Positions 9,296-19,371 are shown, numbered from the stretch's first letter. The stretch: 64,000 nt of DNA from Akkermansiaceae bacterium (GCA_026461385.1 JAPJNB010000043.1:4718-68717); one strand, 5' to 3'. Numbers and translations are program-made. The notes: a model not told the origin generated them from the sequence alone.

Positions 9296-10042
9296 TTAGA
9301 GGTTCCTTTTTCTTCGATAGGCCAGCGGACTGATTCCCACGGCTTGCTTGAACTGGCGTGAAAATGAAGACTGGTCGGAGTAGCCGCAAGCAAGGGCAAT
9401 CTGAGCGATGGGCTCGGTGGTGCTGGAAAGCCTTAGGCATGCAGCATCGATCCGGACTTTCACTAGATATTGGCCTGCGGTGACGTGGAATAACGAACGG
9501 ATGCGCTGGTCGAATTGATAGACTGAAAGCCCCGCCATTTTCGCCAGTTCTGGGAGCCGGAGTGCTTCATCGTAATGCCGATGAATGTGATCGACCGCCC
9601 CCGACAAGGCGGCAAAGTCTTCCTCCTGTCCACCGGGTGCGCGGAGGTCGCGCGAGATTCCGCAGATCCCTGCGATGCGCCCATCTTTTTCCATGATGGG
9701 TTCTTTGTAAGTGAGGCACCATCCGCAGTGACCGCCAAGATAAAGGTGCAGTTCCATGTGATCGCGGATCGGATGGCCCGTTTTTAGGATTTCACGGTCT
9801 TGCAGTGCAAAGGCCTTCCCGAGGGGCGCGGGGAAAAGCTCATCCGCCGTTAGACCCAGCGCGGCTTCCTTGCTTTGCAGTCCGCAGCGCGCGGCCAGGG
9901 TGTCGTTGACCGCCATGTAGCGACCGACCGCATCCTTGACAAAAAAGACGATGTCGGGAACGCCATCGAAAAGGCGATCGATGGGCAATAACCCGTTAAG
10001 GGATTGAGCGAATGAGTGTCGAACCGTGTTGAATGAAGCCAT
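9296..10042 (-). CDS. AraC-family regulator with an N-terminal PAS-like domain
   Basis: N-terminal FDGVPDIVFFVKDAVGRYMAVN (PAS-like); C-terminal IAQIALACGYSDQSSFSRQFKQAVGISPLAYR AraC HTH. Divergent from the hydroxyproline genes. Confidence 0.9.
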   Translation of the reverse strand: MASFNTVRHSFAQSLNGLLPIDRLFDGVPDIVFFVKDAVGRYMAVNDTLAARCGLQSKEAALGLTADELFPAPLGKAFALQDREILKTGHPIRDHMELHLYLGGHCGWCLTYKEPIMEKDGRIAGICGISRDLRAPGGQEEDFAALSGAVDHIHRHYDEALRLPELAKMAGLSVYQFDQRIRSLFHVTAGQYLVKVRIDAACLRLSSTTEPIAQIALACGYSDQSSFSRQFKQAVGISPLAYRRKRNL

Positions 10043-10134
10043 GGCGCAATTGCTGATGGCGGTTTAGTAGCCCGATTCGGGAGAGAGTGCTAGAGGATTC
10101 GCCAAGACCCCAATGCTATCTATGTTAAATACCG

Positions 10135-11091
10135 ATGAGCACCCTCCCACTACGCGTGATCGATTCTCACACCGAAGGTGAACCCACCCGAGTGGTAGTT
10201 TCCGGCGGGCCAGACCTCGGCTCAGGAACGATCGCCGAACGCGCCGTGATCCTTCGTGAGCAGCATGACTGGTTGCGGAGTGCGGTTTGCAACGAACCCC
10301 GCGGTCACGAAGCGATGGTCGGCGCCCTGCTTTGCGAACCTTACGAACCCGATTGCTGCTGCGGGGTGATCTTTTTCAATAACGTCTCCACCTTGCACAT
10401 GTGCATCCACGGCACGATCGGTCTCGCCGTGACTCTCGCTCACTTGGGGAAAATCGGACCCGGGATTCACCGGATCGATACGCCAGTGGGTGTGGTCGAG
10501 GCCGAACTCCGGTCAGATGGATCGGTCGAGGTGACCAATGTACCGAGCTTCCGGACGGCCGCCGCAGTGGCGGTGAATGTCCTAGGCTGGGGCGAGATTC
10601 AGGGTGACATCGCGTGGGGCGGAAATTGGTTTTTCCTCGTGGGCAATCAGGGCCCGGCGATCCAGCCATCGAACATCGAGGCTCTAACAACTTTCGCCCG
10701 GGACATTCGCAACGCACTGGAAACACAGGGCATCACGGGAGACCATGGCATGGAAATCGATCACATCGATTTGTTTGGCCCGCCGAGCGACCCCACCTTG
10801 GCCGATAGTCGGAATTTCCTGCTTTGCCCGGGGAAGGCGTATGACCGCTCACCTTGCGGCACCGGCACCAGCGCGAAACTTGCCTGCCTCCACGCCGACG
10901 GGAAACTCAAGCCAGGCGAAATCTGGCGACAAGCCGGCATCCTTGACACGATTTTTTGCGGCCGCATCGAGGAGATTGCAGAGGGCAAGATCATCCCCTT
11001 TGTCTCGGGCCGTGCTTGGGTGAATGGCGAAAGCACTTATTTTTTAGATTCAACCGATCCTTTCCGCTACGGCATCCCAGTATCAATCTAA
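10135..11091 (+). CDS. Proline racemase family protein, probable 4-hydroxyproline 2-epimerase
   Basis: VIDSHTEGEPTR, MCIHGTIG (first catalytic Cys) and DRSPCGTGTSA (second catalytic Cys). Confidence 0.88.
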   Translation: MSTLPLRVIDSHTEGEPTRVVVSGGPDLGSGTIAERAVILREQHDWLRSAVCNEPRGHEAMVGALLCEPYEPDCCCGVIFFNNVSTLHMCIHGTIGLAVTLAHLGKIGPGIHRIDTPVGVVEAELRSDGSVEVTNVPSFRTAAAVAVNVLGWGEIQGDIAWGGNWFFLVGNQGPAIQPSNIEALTTFARDIRNALETQGITGDHGMEIDHIDLFGPPSDPTLADSRNFLLCPGKAYDRSPCGTGTSAKLACLHADGKLKPGEIWRQAGILDTIFCGRIEEIAEGKIIPFVSGRAWVNGESTYFLDSTDPFRYGIPVSI

Positions 11092-11108
11092 CCAAAAACA
11101 CAAAACTG

Positions 11109-12014
11109 ATGAGCATCCAATGGAAGGGCGTCATGCCCGCGACACTGACCCAATTCAACGCCGACCTCACCATCGACCACGGTCTAATGGCAGAGCACGG
11201 CAAATGGCTGATTGAGAATGGTTGCACGGCCATCGTGGCCCATGGTTCGCTTGGGGAAGGAGCCACGCTCTCGTTCGACGAGAAAATCGCGCTGCAGAAA
11301 ACCTACGTCGCCGCGCTGCCAGACAGCCCGATCATTCCAGGAGTGGCTGCGCTTTCGACACGTGAAGCCGTGGACATCGCCAAGGCCGCCAAGGACAACG
11401 GTTGCCGTGGTCTGATGGTTTTGCCTCCTTACCTTTACGCATCGGATTGGCGGGAAATGAAGACGCACATGACCGCGGTGATCCATGCGACCGACCTGCC
11501 GTGCATCATTTATAACAACCCCGTCGCATACAAAACCGACTTCACCCCGGCGCACATCAAGGAGCTTGCTGACGAGTGTGCGAATGTCGAGTCGGTGAAG
11601 GAATCCTCCACGGATGCGCGTCGCATCGCTGGTATTCGCGAACTTTGCGGGGATCGCCTCGCCCTGGGTGTCGGAGTGGACGATTGCGCGCTTGAGGGCG
11701 CTGCGATGGGCGCGAAGTTCTGGATCACCGGCGTGGGTGGCGCATTCCCGAAGCACAACGTGAAACTGTGGGATCTCGCCACTAGTGGACGCATCGAGGA
11801 AGCCATGCCGCTTTACCACTGGATGCTCGACATGCTGCGCATGGACACGGTGGTCAAATTTGTCCAACTCATCAAGCTCCAGCAAAATCTCGCAAGCGGC
11901 GGTAAGCTCGGTAACAATCGGGTGCGTCCACCACGGTTGGAACTCGTGGGTGAGGAGTTGGCGACGGCGACGGCGATTATTGAAAAAGCCCTCGCAACGG
12001 CTCCTGTAATCTAA
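11109..12014 (+). CDS. DHDPS-family protein, probable delta1-pyrroline-4-hydroxy-2-carboxylate deaminase
   Basis: Likely start ATG 11109 (MSIQWKGVMPA). Motifs GSLGE, IYNNP and VKESS (Schiff-base Lys). Lies between the epimerase and the semialdehyde dehydrogenase. Confidence 0.8.
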   Translation: MSIQWKGVMPATLTQFNADLTIDHGLMAEHGKWLIENGCTAIVAHGSLGEGATLSFDEKIALQKTYVAALPDSPIIPGVAALSTREAVDIAKAAKDNGCRGLMVLPPYLYASDWREMKTHMTAVIHATDLPCIIYNNPVAYKTDFTPAHIKELADECANVESVKESSTDARRIAGIRELCGDRLALGVGVDDCALEGAAMGAKFWITGVGGAFPKHNVKLWDLATSGRIEEAMPLYHWMLDMLRMDTVVKFVQLIKLQQNLASGGKLGNNRVRPPRLELVGEELATATAIIEKALATAPVI

Positions 12015-12025
12015 CATCTAATCGC

Positions 12026-13585
12026 ATGATCACCCCACTACTTGGCTCATCCTTCATTGGCTACTCGCGCTCCACTGGCACCGACCCTTGCGGCACTGCG
12101 GTGCAACCGGGAACTGGCACTGTGTTAGAGCCAGTCTATCACTCGGCCACCCCCGCTGAAGTGGAGCGTGCGATGGTGCTCGCGGCGGCGGCGTTCCCGA
12201 TCTTTTCCAATCGATCGGCCGCGGAGCGTGCAGGATTTCTCCGGGCGATCGCTTTGGAGATCGAAGGGGTGATTGAGGATGTCGTTGAGCGTGGTATGTT
12301 AGAAACGGCGCTGGCCGAGCCCCGCTTGCGAGGCGAGATGGGCCGCACCACTGGCCAACTCCGGATGTTTGCCAGTCTCATCGAGGAAGGGTCTTGGGTC
12401 GATGCTCGGATCGATCGCGCGGATCCAGACCGCAAGCCGATCCCGAAAGTGGATTTGCGTTCGATGCTTCGTCCACTCGGACCGGTGGCGGTGTTTTGCG
12501 CGAGCAATTTTCCACTGGCCTTTTCCGTGGCGGGTGGTGACAGCGCTTCGGCATTGGCGGCGGGATGCCCCGTAGTCGTCATCGCTCACGCTTCGCATCC
12601 AGGGGTTGCTGAAATCATCGCCTCCGCAGTGATTCGTGCGGCCAAACTCACCGACATGCCAGAAGGAGTTTTCTCGGTTCTTTACGGCGGCGGCCGCAAG
12701 GTGGGGCAAGCGGTCGTGAAGCACCCCGTCATTCAAGCCGTGGGCTTCACTGGGTCACGCTTGGGGGGCACCGCGCTGATGGTGACTGCAGCAAGCCGGC
12801 CTCAACCGATCCCCGTGTATGCGGAAATGAGTTCGGTGAATCCGATCGTCGTCCTGCCCGGTGCGTTAGACCGTGGCGAAGATGAATTGGCCACGGCATT
12901 TTTCGGGTCGCTCACGTTGGGGGTTGGGCAGTTTTGTACGAACCCGGGATTGGTATTTCTCCCTACAGGAAAAGGGGATGAGTTCCTCGCCAAACTGAAG
13001 ACCCTCGTGGAAGCCGGTGCGCCGGGGACCATGCTCAATGCGGCGATCTCCAAGGCTTTCGTCGCATCGACCGCCGCGATTGCCTCGGCACCCGGCGTGG
13101 AAACTCTCGCGCGCTGCAGCGCCGAGGCGGGACAAGACCAAGCCGCACCCGCGGTGTTTGTGGTCTCGATCGAGGACTTCCTCAAGAATCCCTCGCTGCA
13201 ACATGAGATGTTTGGCCCAGCGACCTTGGTGGTGCGTGGGACCTTGGAGGAAATCGAGTTTGCGATCCTCCGATTGGGGGGGCAATTGACCGCAAGCCTC
13301 CACGCGACCGAGGCCGAGCTTGCCGCCCACTCAGGCCTTGTCTTCGCCCTGCAGAACCGCGCGGGACGCGTCATTTTCAATGGCTTTCCGACGGGGGTGG
13401 AAGTCTGCAATAGCATGGTACACGGCGGACCCTTTCCAGCGACCTCCGATGGACGTAGTAGTTCGGTCGGCACCCTGTCGATCTTCCGATTCTGCCGCCC
13501 CGTCTCGTGGCAAAGTTTCCCAGATGCAGCGCTGCCCGCAGAGCTTCAAGAGGCGAACCCACTTGGCATCCGCCGGATGGAGTGA
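12026..13585 (+). CDS. NADP-dependent aldehyde dehydrogenase, alpha-ketoglutarate semialdehyde dehydrogenase-like
   Basis: PVAVFCASNFPLAFSVAGGD, GFTGS, YAEMSSVNP, GVGQFCTNPG (catalytic Cys), EMFGP and HGGPFPA. Confidence 0.88.
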   Translation: MITPLLGSSFIGYSRSTGTDPCGTAVQPGTGTVLEPVYHSATPAEVERAMVLAAAAFPIFSNRSAAERAGFLRAIALEIEGVIEDVVERGMLETALAEPRLRGEMGRTTGQLRMFASLIEEGSWVDARIDRADPDRKPIPKVDLRSMLRPLGPVAVFCASNFPLAFSVAGGDSASALAAGCPVVVIAHASHPGVAEIIASAVIRAAKLTDMPEGVFSVLYGGGRKVGQAVVKHPVIQAVGFTGSRLGGTALMVTAASRPQPIPVYAEMSSVNPIVVLPGALDRGEDELATAFFGSLTLGVGQFCTNPGLVFLPTGKGDEFLAKLKTLVEAGAPGTMLNAAISKAFVASTAAIASAPGVETLARCSAEAGQDQAAPAVFVVSIEDFLKNPSLQHEMFGPATLVVRGTLEEIEFAILRLGGQLTASLHATEAELAAHSGLVFALQNRAGRVIFNGFPTGVEVCNSMVHGGPFPATSDGRSSSVGTLSIFRFCRPVSWQSFPDAALPAELQEANPLGIRRME

Positions 13586-13606
13586 TGCTCGCGCGAGCGA
13601 CAGGTT

Positions 13607-16600
13607 TCAGTGGAAATCGTGCGATCGTGCGGCATGCTCGGGCTCGATCCCATCCAGTTCTTGGACGTGGATGACATAGACGGTCGGTTGGTCACCCTCC
13701 GAGCGCTGAAGGATTCCTTCGATCCAGAGAAAGGGCTCGCTGCTGATCACGCGCCGCAACCGGTGGAAGGTGGTCTTGGGAACAAAGAGATTGGCGATGC
13801 CTGTCTCATCTTCGAGCGAAATGAAGCAGTGCCCCTTCGCGGTGCCTGGCCGCTGACGGCAGATGACCATCCCCGCGATGGTGACCGGAACGCCGTGAGG
13901 AAGGTTTTTCAAGTCATTGGAACGTAGCACGTTGCTGCTACCACACGCATCCCTCCAGAGAGCCATCGGATGGGTGCCGACGCTTGCGCCTTGGGTGGTG
14001 AAATCGGCCGTCAGCCGCTCCCCCGCCGACATGGGCGGCAACACCGACCGATATCCCGACCGGCAGGGAATCAACAGATCGTCATGGAGTGGCAATTCGA
14101 TCTGCCACAAGGCGTCCCGCCGGTGCTGGATCTCCGGCATCCCATTCAACGCCCCCGCCTTGGCCAACATCCGCTTCTCGTTCGCGCTCGGACGAGTTCT
14201 TGTTAGAAAATTTTCTAATGAACTAAAAGGCTCTTTCCGCCGTTCTTCCGTGATCCGGTGCAGGGTCTCAGCGGATACGCCTTTGATCCGGTGCAGGCCG
14301 AGGCGCAGGGTTTGATCGTCCTCCACCTCGGTGAGCACCTCGCTGAAGAGACAGGAAACCGGTTTGATGCGGATGCCATGTCGCTTCGCATCCTGCATGA
14401 GCGTGTTGACCGAGTAAAAACCCATGGGCTGATGGTTGATGAGTCCTGCGTAGAATTCAGCCGGATGATGCACCTTGAACCAGCAGCTGGCATATGCGAT
14501 GAGCGCGAAGGAAATGGCGTGGCTTTCCGGAAAACCATAGAGCGCAAATGACCCGATCGATGCGATGATTTTCTCTTGGACCTCTTTCGAGACACCGCGC
14601 TCGGTCATGCCATGGCGGAGCTTGGTGGTCACGTTTTCCATCCGGTCGTCGCTCCGCTTGAATGCCATCGCCCGCCGAAGCTCGTCGGCTTCAGCTCCGC
14701 TGAAACCCGCAACGGCCATCGCCATTCGCAACACCTGCTCTTGGAAGAGCGGGACGCCTAAAGTGCGGCGTAGAATTTCCTCACAGGCGGGATGAATGAA
14801 GTCGATTTTTTCCCGGCCATTCCTGCGGTTCAGATACGGGTGGACGAGATCGCCGACGATCGGCCCAGGCCGGATGATCGCCACCTGGATGGCGATATCG
14901 TAAAAGGTTTGGGGGCGCATCACCGGCAAGGTGGCCATCTGCGCGCGGCTCTCAACCTGGAAAGTGCCGATGGTGTCAGCGCGACACAGCATTTCAAAGA
15001 CGGCAGGGTCGTTCTTGGGGATGGTGGCAAGATCTAACGGATGGCCGCGACGCGAACGGATTTCTAATGCGTATTCAAGCGAGGCCAACATCCCGAGACC
15101 TAGCAGATCGATTTTGACGATTCCCATGTCTTCGCAATCGTCCTTGTCCCACTGAACGACGCATCGCCCCGCCATGGTGGCAGGTTGCAAGGGCACGACC
15201 GCATCAAGCCCGTGATCGCAAACGATCATCCCGCCAGAGTGCTGGCCAAGATGCCGTGGGATCCCTAACACCGCGTGATAGAGGTGGGTCAGCGCGGGAA
15301 GCCGTGGATGCGATGGCGGCAAAATCCCGGAAACGCGCTCTTCGAACTCGGCCTCATGGTCTCTTGTCTTTGATCCATCTCCGCCAAACGACGATGGGCT
15401 CGCCGAAAACCGCTCCGCCACCGATGGTGGAAAGCCTAACACTTTGCTCATCTCGCGGAATGCGGACTTCGGCCGATACGTGATGACATTCGCGGTCATC
15501 GCGGCGTTGCGAGTCCCGTATTTGCGGAACACGTGTTGAATCACTTCCTCGCGTCGATCGCCCGAGGGGAAATCGATGTCGATGTCTGGCCAGCTCCGAC
15601 GGTTTTCTGATAGAAATCGCTCGAATAACAACCCGCCGCCGACAGGATCCACCGAGGTGATGCCCAAGGCGTAGCAAACCACCGAGTTTGCCGCAGATCC
15701 GCGGCCTTGGCAGAGGATGCCGCGGCCACGGGCGAACTCGACAAGGTCATGGACGATCAGGAAATAGCCGGGAAATCCGAGCCGGTGGACCATGGCCAAC
15801 TCATGCTCGAGCTGCGCCCGGACCTTGCTACTACAAATCCCGTAGCGACGCGACGCCCCAGCATAGGCGTGCCGACGCAGCAAGGTCGATTGCTCGGCGA
15901 GTGATAAGGGATGGCCGTGACCATCGGGGAAATCGGGGAAGCGGTAGTCGAGGTTTTCCAAGGTGAAACCGATTCGCTCCGCAAGCCGCCGCGTGTTTCG
16001 GATCGATTCGGGCAGATCGGCGAAAAGCGTGGACATCTCGTGAGGTGACTTGAGGTGCCGCTCGCCATTCGGGGAGAGCAGGCGCCCGGCGCGGTCGAGT
16101 GGCACGCGGTGGCGAAGGCAAGCAAAGGCGTCTGCGAGGCGGCGGTCACTGCGAGTCGCATGCAGCGGCGCGTTGCTTGCCAACAACGGCAGTCGCAGGT
16201 GACTTGCGAGATCGATGAGCTCGCGGTTCAAGCGGCCATCGTCTCTCAAGCCGTGGCGGTGAATCTCGACGTAAACATTGGCTTGCCCAAAAACATGGAT
16301 CAAGCGCTGCGCGGCGTGCAGCGCGCCTGTGCGGTCACTCGCGAGCAAGCGGCGGCATAGCGGACCGTCACGGTCGCCAGTGAGGGCGATGAGCTGACCT
16401 TCTAATGGGAAAAAATCATGCGCTGCGTCTGGCATGAGATGGAAATCGGTGAGGTGGCGTGACAGCATCCGGTAACCTTCGCGTGAGGCACAGAGGACGG
16501 GGATGCGCGTTTGATCGGCTAGAGTGATGGTGCTACCGACTAAGGCCCGGATGCCACAGCGTTGCGCCGCATGGTGGGCGCGGGCGGAGCCGTAAAACCC

Positions 16601-16732
16601 CGCGATGTCGGTGATGGCGATGGCTTCGCAACCGATTTCCGCCGCTCGCTGGACCATCGATTCGGGCTGGCTTGCGCCTAACAGAAATGAAAAAGCCGAG
16701 TGTGCGTGCAACTCACAAAAAGTTTTTTTCAC
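13607..16732 (-). CDS. dnaE2: Error-prone DNA polymerase III alpha subunit DnaE2
   Basis: PHP start ELHAHSAFSFLLGAS; GRGSAANS, PDIDIDF, HLGQHSGG, GTFQVESRAQM, YGFPESHA; C-terminal OB fold and ARSHDFH tail. A GTG start at 16732 overlaps the imuB TGA (GTGA), so it is preferred to 16852. Confidence 0.95.
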   Translation of the reverse strand: MKKTFCELHAHSAFSFLLGASQPESMVQRAAEIGCEAIAITDIAGFYGSARAHHAAQRCGIRALVGSTITLADQTRIPVLCASREGYRMLSRHLTDFHLMPDAAHDFFPLEGQLIALTGDRDGPLCRRLLASDRTGALHAAQRLIHVFGQANVYVEIHRHGLRDDGRLNRELIDLASHLRLPLLASNAPLHATRSDRRLADAFACLRHRVPLDRAGRLLSPNGERHLKSPHEMSTLFADLPESIRNTRRLAERIGFTLENLDYRFPDFPDGHGHPLSLAEQSTLLRRHAYAGASRRYGICSSKVRAQLEHELAMVHRLGFPGYFLIVHDLVEFARGRGILCQGRGSAANSVVCYALGITSVDPVGGGLLFERFLSENRRSWPDIDIDFPSGDRREEVIQHVFRKYGTRNAAMTANVITYRPKSAFREMSKVLGFPPSVAERFSASPSSFGGDGSKTRDHEAEFEERVSGILPPSHPRLPALTHLYHAVLGIPRHLGQHSGGMIVCDHGLDAVVPLQPATMAGRCVVQWDKDDCEDMGIVKIDLLGLGMLASLEYALEIRSRRGHPLDLATIPKNDPAVFEMLCRADTIGTFQVESRAQMATLPVMRPQTFYDIAIQVAIIRPGPIVGDLVHPYLNRRNGREKIDFIHPACEEILRRTLGVPLFQEQVLRMAMAVAGFSGAEADELRRAMAFKRSDDRMENVTTKLRHGMTERGVSKEVQEKIIASIGSFALYGFPESHAISFALIAYASCWFKVHHPAEFYAGLINHQPMGFYSVNTLMQDAKRHGIRIKPVSCLFSEVLTEVEDDQTLRLGLHRIKGVSAETLHRITEERRKEPFSSLENFLTRTRPSANEKRMLAKAGALNGMPEIQHRRDALWQIELPLHDDLLIPCRSGYRSVLPPMSAGERLTADFTTQGASVGTHPMALWRDACGSSNVLRSNDLKNLPHGVPVTIAGMVICRQRPGTAKGHCFISLEDETGIANLFVPKTTFHRLRRVISSEPFLWIEGILQRSEGDQPTVYVIHVQELDGIEPEHAARSHDFH

Positions 16733-18207
16733 CGGTAAATTCCCTCCAGTGTCCAGCGGTTGGGTGTTTGGAAAACTAGGCGGAGCAGGTGGTGGCTCAT
16801 CAGTTGGATGTCCCACTCGAGTCTTTGCCATGAGGCATCGGGGTTCCACCAATCCCCAGAGATGGGAAATGGGCCGCGGCGGTCCGTGATTTCACCCAGA
16901 TGTGGGCCAGTGAGCAGTGCCAAGGGCCATGGCTTGCGGTTGCGCAACTCGTGGGCAACGGCGACCTCATGCGGCGGCCGGAACCGATGCAAGGGAACTG
17001 GGCATGCGGGTTGTGCCGTGAAATTTGGAGCTGTCGGCAGCGCCCCAGCTACTGGGTGGAGGACGAAATCATCGGGGGAAAATGAGTCGCCAGGCGCTGG
17101 GATACCCACACGCCCATGGCCTAACAGCGCATCCAGTTTTGCCAGCGTCTCGGCCCAGCGTTCGGGTTGCGGCAGTTGGCGGCCGAACCATTCACGCTGT
17201 GCTGCGGTCGCAAAGGTGGTTTCCACATCGAGTCGCAAGGCGGCGATCGGCGCAGCGGGTTTGAGCGAGTCTAACAGCGTTTGCAGGGGTGAAAGCATTC
17301 CCTCCACGGCGGTCTGCGGCTCGGGCAGACGCACGCGCCGCATCCATTCGGCACCGGATGTTAGGACGAGGCGGATTTCCAAGCAACTCGCCGCGAGGTG
17401 GCGTGATGCCAAGCGCCCCGCAAGCGTGTGAAGCAGGCGCTTGAGCGCGAAAACCAGCGGGTCAAGCGAGACCAGTGGATCATCGAAATCCACCACCTGG
17501 TCGAACGATTCGGGTGGGCGGTGCAGGCGCAAGAGGCGGCAAGCCTTGCCATGGACGAGGTCGTGCCAGGTGCCAACATCCGGCCCAAGCCGTTCGGTGA
17601 TGGCTTGGCGCGGCAACTCCATGAAATCTCCGAGCGTTCGCAAACCCCAAGATTCTAACAATTTTCCGGATGGGTGTCCTGCGGCAAGCGAGTCGAGCAC
17701 GTTGAATGGCAGCGGCGCGAGATCCGCCGGGGAAACCATTTTTCCGCGCGTCGCGGGGTGGCGTGATGCCAGATGGGCGAGGTCTGGCGTCAGCGCACGG
17801 GCGTGGTGGATCGTGGTGCCTGCCAATGTCAAACGATCCAGCGCAGCGGTCACGGGGCTGGAGCGGCCTGATAGATCGACAATCACAGCATCGGCCGCCG
17901 TGAGTTCGACATCTGCGGCAAGCGACTCAGCGATGAGAAAAAGCTCGTTGCGCAGGACGGCTTCCGCCGTGAGATCTCGCGAGAGGATCCTCAGGTCAGG
18001 GCAACGCACGAGTGCGCGATGAAGCGGCCACCCGTGGCGGATTCCGGCGATCCGCGCCGCAGGGTTGGTGGCGAGGAGGGGTAACTTTTCGCGGCTGGTG
18101 GATGCGGGTCCCGCCTCGAGGACCGCGCAGGGATATGCTCCCTCCACCGCGCGATTTCGCAGGGCGGCGATGATGGGAAAATCCGGGAGACAAAGGGCGG
18201 CAAACAT
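16729..18207 (-). CDS. imuB: ImuB, Y-family polymerase-like accessory protein
   Basis: Likely start ATG 18207 (MFAALCLPDF). Motifs ARIAGIRHGW, WGLRTLGDF and GPFPISGDWW; ends EGIYR. Directly upstream of dnaE2. Confidence 0.88.
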   Translation of the reverse strand: MFAALCLPDFPIIAALRNRAVEGAYPCAVLEAGPASTSREKLPLLATNPAARIAGIRHGWPLHRALVRCPDLRILSRDLTAEAVLRNELFLIAESLAADVELTAADAVIVDLSGRSSPVTAALDRLTLAGTTIHHARALTPDLAHLASRHPATRGKMVSPADLAPLPFNVLDSLAAGHPSGKLLESWGLRTLGDFMELPRQAITERLGPDVGTWHDLVHGKACRLLRLHRPPESFDQVVDFDDPLVSLDPLVFALKRLLHTLAGRLASRHLAASCLEIRLVLTSGAEWMRRVRLPEPQTAVEGMLSPLQTLLDSLKPAAPIAALRLDVETTFATAAQREWFGRQLPQPERWAETLAKLDALLGHGRVGIPAPGDSFSPDDFVLHPVAGALPTAPNFTAQPACPVPLHRFRPPHEVAVAHELRNRKPWPLALLTGPHLGEITDRRGPFPISGDWWNPDASWQRLEWDIQLMSHHLLRLVFQTPNRWTLEGIYR

Positions 18208-18212
18208 CGGAG

Positions 18213-18848
18213 TTAGGTGGCGCGGCGGAGTTGGTCCGACGAAGCTTGAACGCGTGGGAGCAGCTCCGCTTGGGCGCGGTCGAAGTCCGCCAGTGAAAGC
18301 CCTGCGGAGAGCGAAACCCTGAGGCTCGCGCAGGGGACCAGCGGGGAGGTGGCGAGCACCACCAAGCGCCGTCCAGAGCGCTCGACCGCTTGTTTCATCC
18401 GCCACCACGCGGCGGCGGGGAGCGCGTTGAGATCCTGCCGTTTGACACCGGTAGAATCTAACAGAACAAAGGGCATGTTGCCATCATGCACGAGCAAGTC
18501 TGCCGCCTTGAGCATTTCGAGAGCAGACTTGCAGCGAATCCACACCAATTTCGAGCAGGCATCGCCCGGGAAGGAATTGGGGTCAAAGGCATCCGCGCCA
18601 TCGATCAGCACCAACTGTGGCAGGGAATTGGCCGCCTCGGACTCGTCTAGCAGGCCGGCCATGAACAAGGCGAGGCCTGCGCTTGGCCCAGCGGGCAGGA
18701 CTTCCGAAATGGCGCCGATGGGGAAGGAGTCGGCCGAAAATGGTTTCTCTAACAACGGGCTGGGCGCGGGGTTTGGGCGCAGTCCATGCGCTTGCGGGAA
18801 TTGATCACGCAGTTGCTGACGTAAGATTTCTACTGCCGAGGCCGCCAT
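18213..18848 (-). CDS. imuA: ImuA-like RecA-fold protein
   Basis: GAISEV, LVLIDGADAFDP, LVWIRC and FVLLD RecA-like segments without a Walker A motif. First gene of the imuA-imuB-dnaE2 cassette. Confidence 0.75.
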   Translation of the reverse strand: MAASAVEILRQQLRDQFPQAHGLRPNPAPSPLLEKPFSADSFPIGAISEVLPAGPSAGLALFMAGLLDESEAANSLPQLVLIDGADAFDPNSFPGDACSKLVWIRCKSALEMLKAADLLVHDGNMPFVLLDSTGVKRQDLNALPAAAWWRMKQAVERSGRRLVVLATSPLVPCASLRVSLSAGLSLADFDRAQAELLPRVQASSDQLRRAT

Positions 18849-18876
18849 GGCGGGACGCTAAATGCAAATTCATGAA

Positions 18877-18890
18877 TGTTCAAGTGAACA
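18877..18890. promoter_or_regulatory. LexA (SOS) box, Verrucomicrobia type
   Basis: TGTTC-AAGT-GAACA is an exact match to the described Verrucomicrobia LexA motif TGTTC-N4-GAACA, 29-42 bp upstream of the imuA start. Confidence 0.85.
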
Positions 18891-18984
18891 CTCATGAATT
18901 CGTCGCATCTGAGGTCAGGCGATGGACCACGGCCACCGTGGATCCTAGCCAAGACGGGGCTAAAACGCCGGAAAATCCGACGAT

Positions 18985-19371
18985 TTATTTCATCGGTGCA
19001 ATGAACATGCACTCCTTGCCCTTGTCATTCACCATGACCATTTTCCATTGGTCGCCATTTCGACCGGGAGGGCCGACGTGTTTGATGGTGTATTTCTGTT
19101 TGCAGGAGTCGCAATGGATCGTGCCGCCATTGTGGCAAAGGGCTTGCGCGTCCTTTTCGCTGGCAACCTCTTTCACGCTCACCGATTTGCATTCCATGCA
19201 GACCAAGGCATAGCGACTGCCTTTTTTCATGCTTTGGATGTTTTGTGGATTTGATTCCTCAAGGTAAGTTCCAGTGACAAGCGGACCCTTGCCGGGGGGC
19301 GAGGCTGACACTGCGGTGACGAGACTGGCGGCGAATGCGGCCATGATCAGGCTTTTCAGGGGGGATTTCAT
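18985..19371 (-). CDS. Small secreted Cys/His-rich protein of unknown function
   Basis: Signal-like MKSPLKSLIMAAFAASLVTAVSA (ATG 19371; an alternative in-frame ATG is at 19413). Mature part carries CMEC, LCH and HCDSC. Has its own sigma70-like promoter. Confidence 0.7.
   Translation of the reverse strand: MKSPLKSLIMAAFAASLVTAVSASPPGKGPLVTGTYLEESNPQNIQSMKKGSRYALVCMECKSVSVKEVASEKDAQALCHNGGTIHCDSCKQKYTIKHVGPPGRNGDQWKMVMVNDKGKECMFIAPMK

Noticed and set aside
11184-13473. Long antisense ORFs (e.g. 11184-12017, 12802-13473; likewise 45267-46064, 42594-43250, 23745-24344)
   Set aside because: These are shadow frames opposite well-supported genes in GC-rich DNA, with no recognisable motifs.
16733-16852. 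N-terminal extension of DnaE2 given by the ORF track (also the extensions of imuB to 18408, MFS to 4507 and DHDPS to 10956)
   Set aside because: The extensions overlap neighbouring genes and lack family similarity; downstream starts give coupled or short intergenic junctions.
18985-19371. CxxC protein as a c-type cytochrome
   Set aside because: The motifs are CMECK and CDSCK, not CxxCH.
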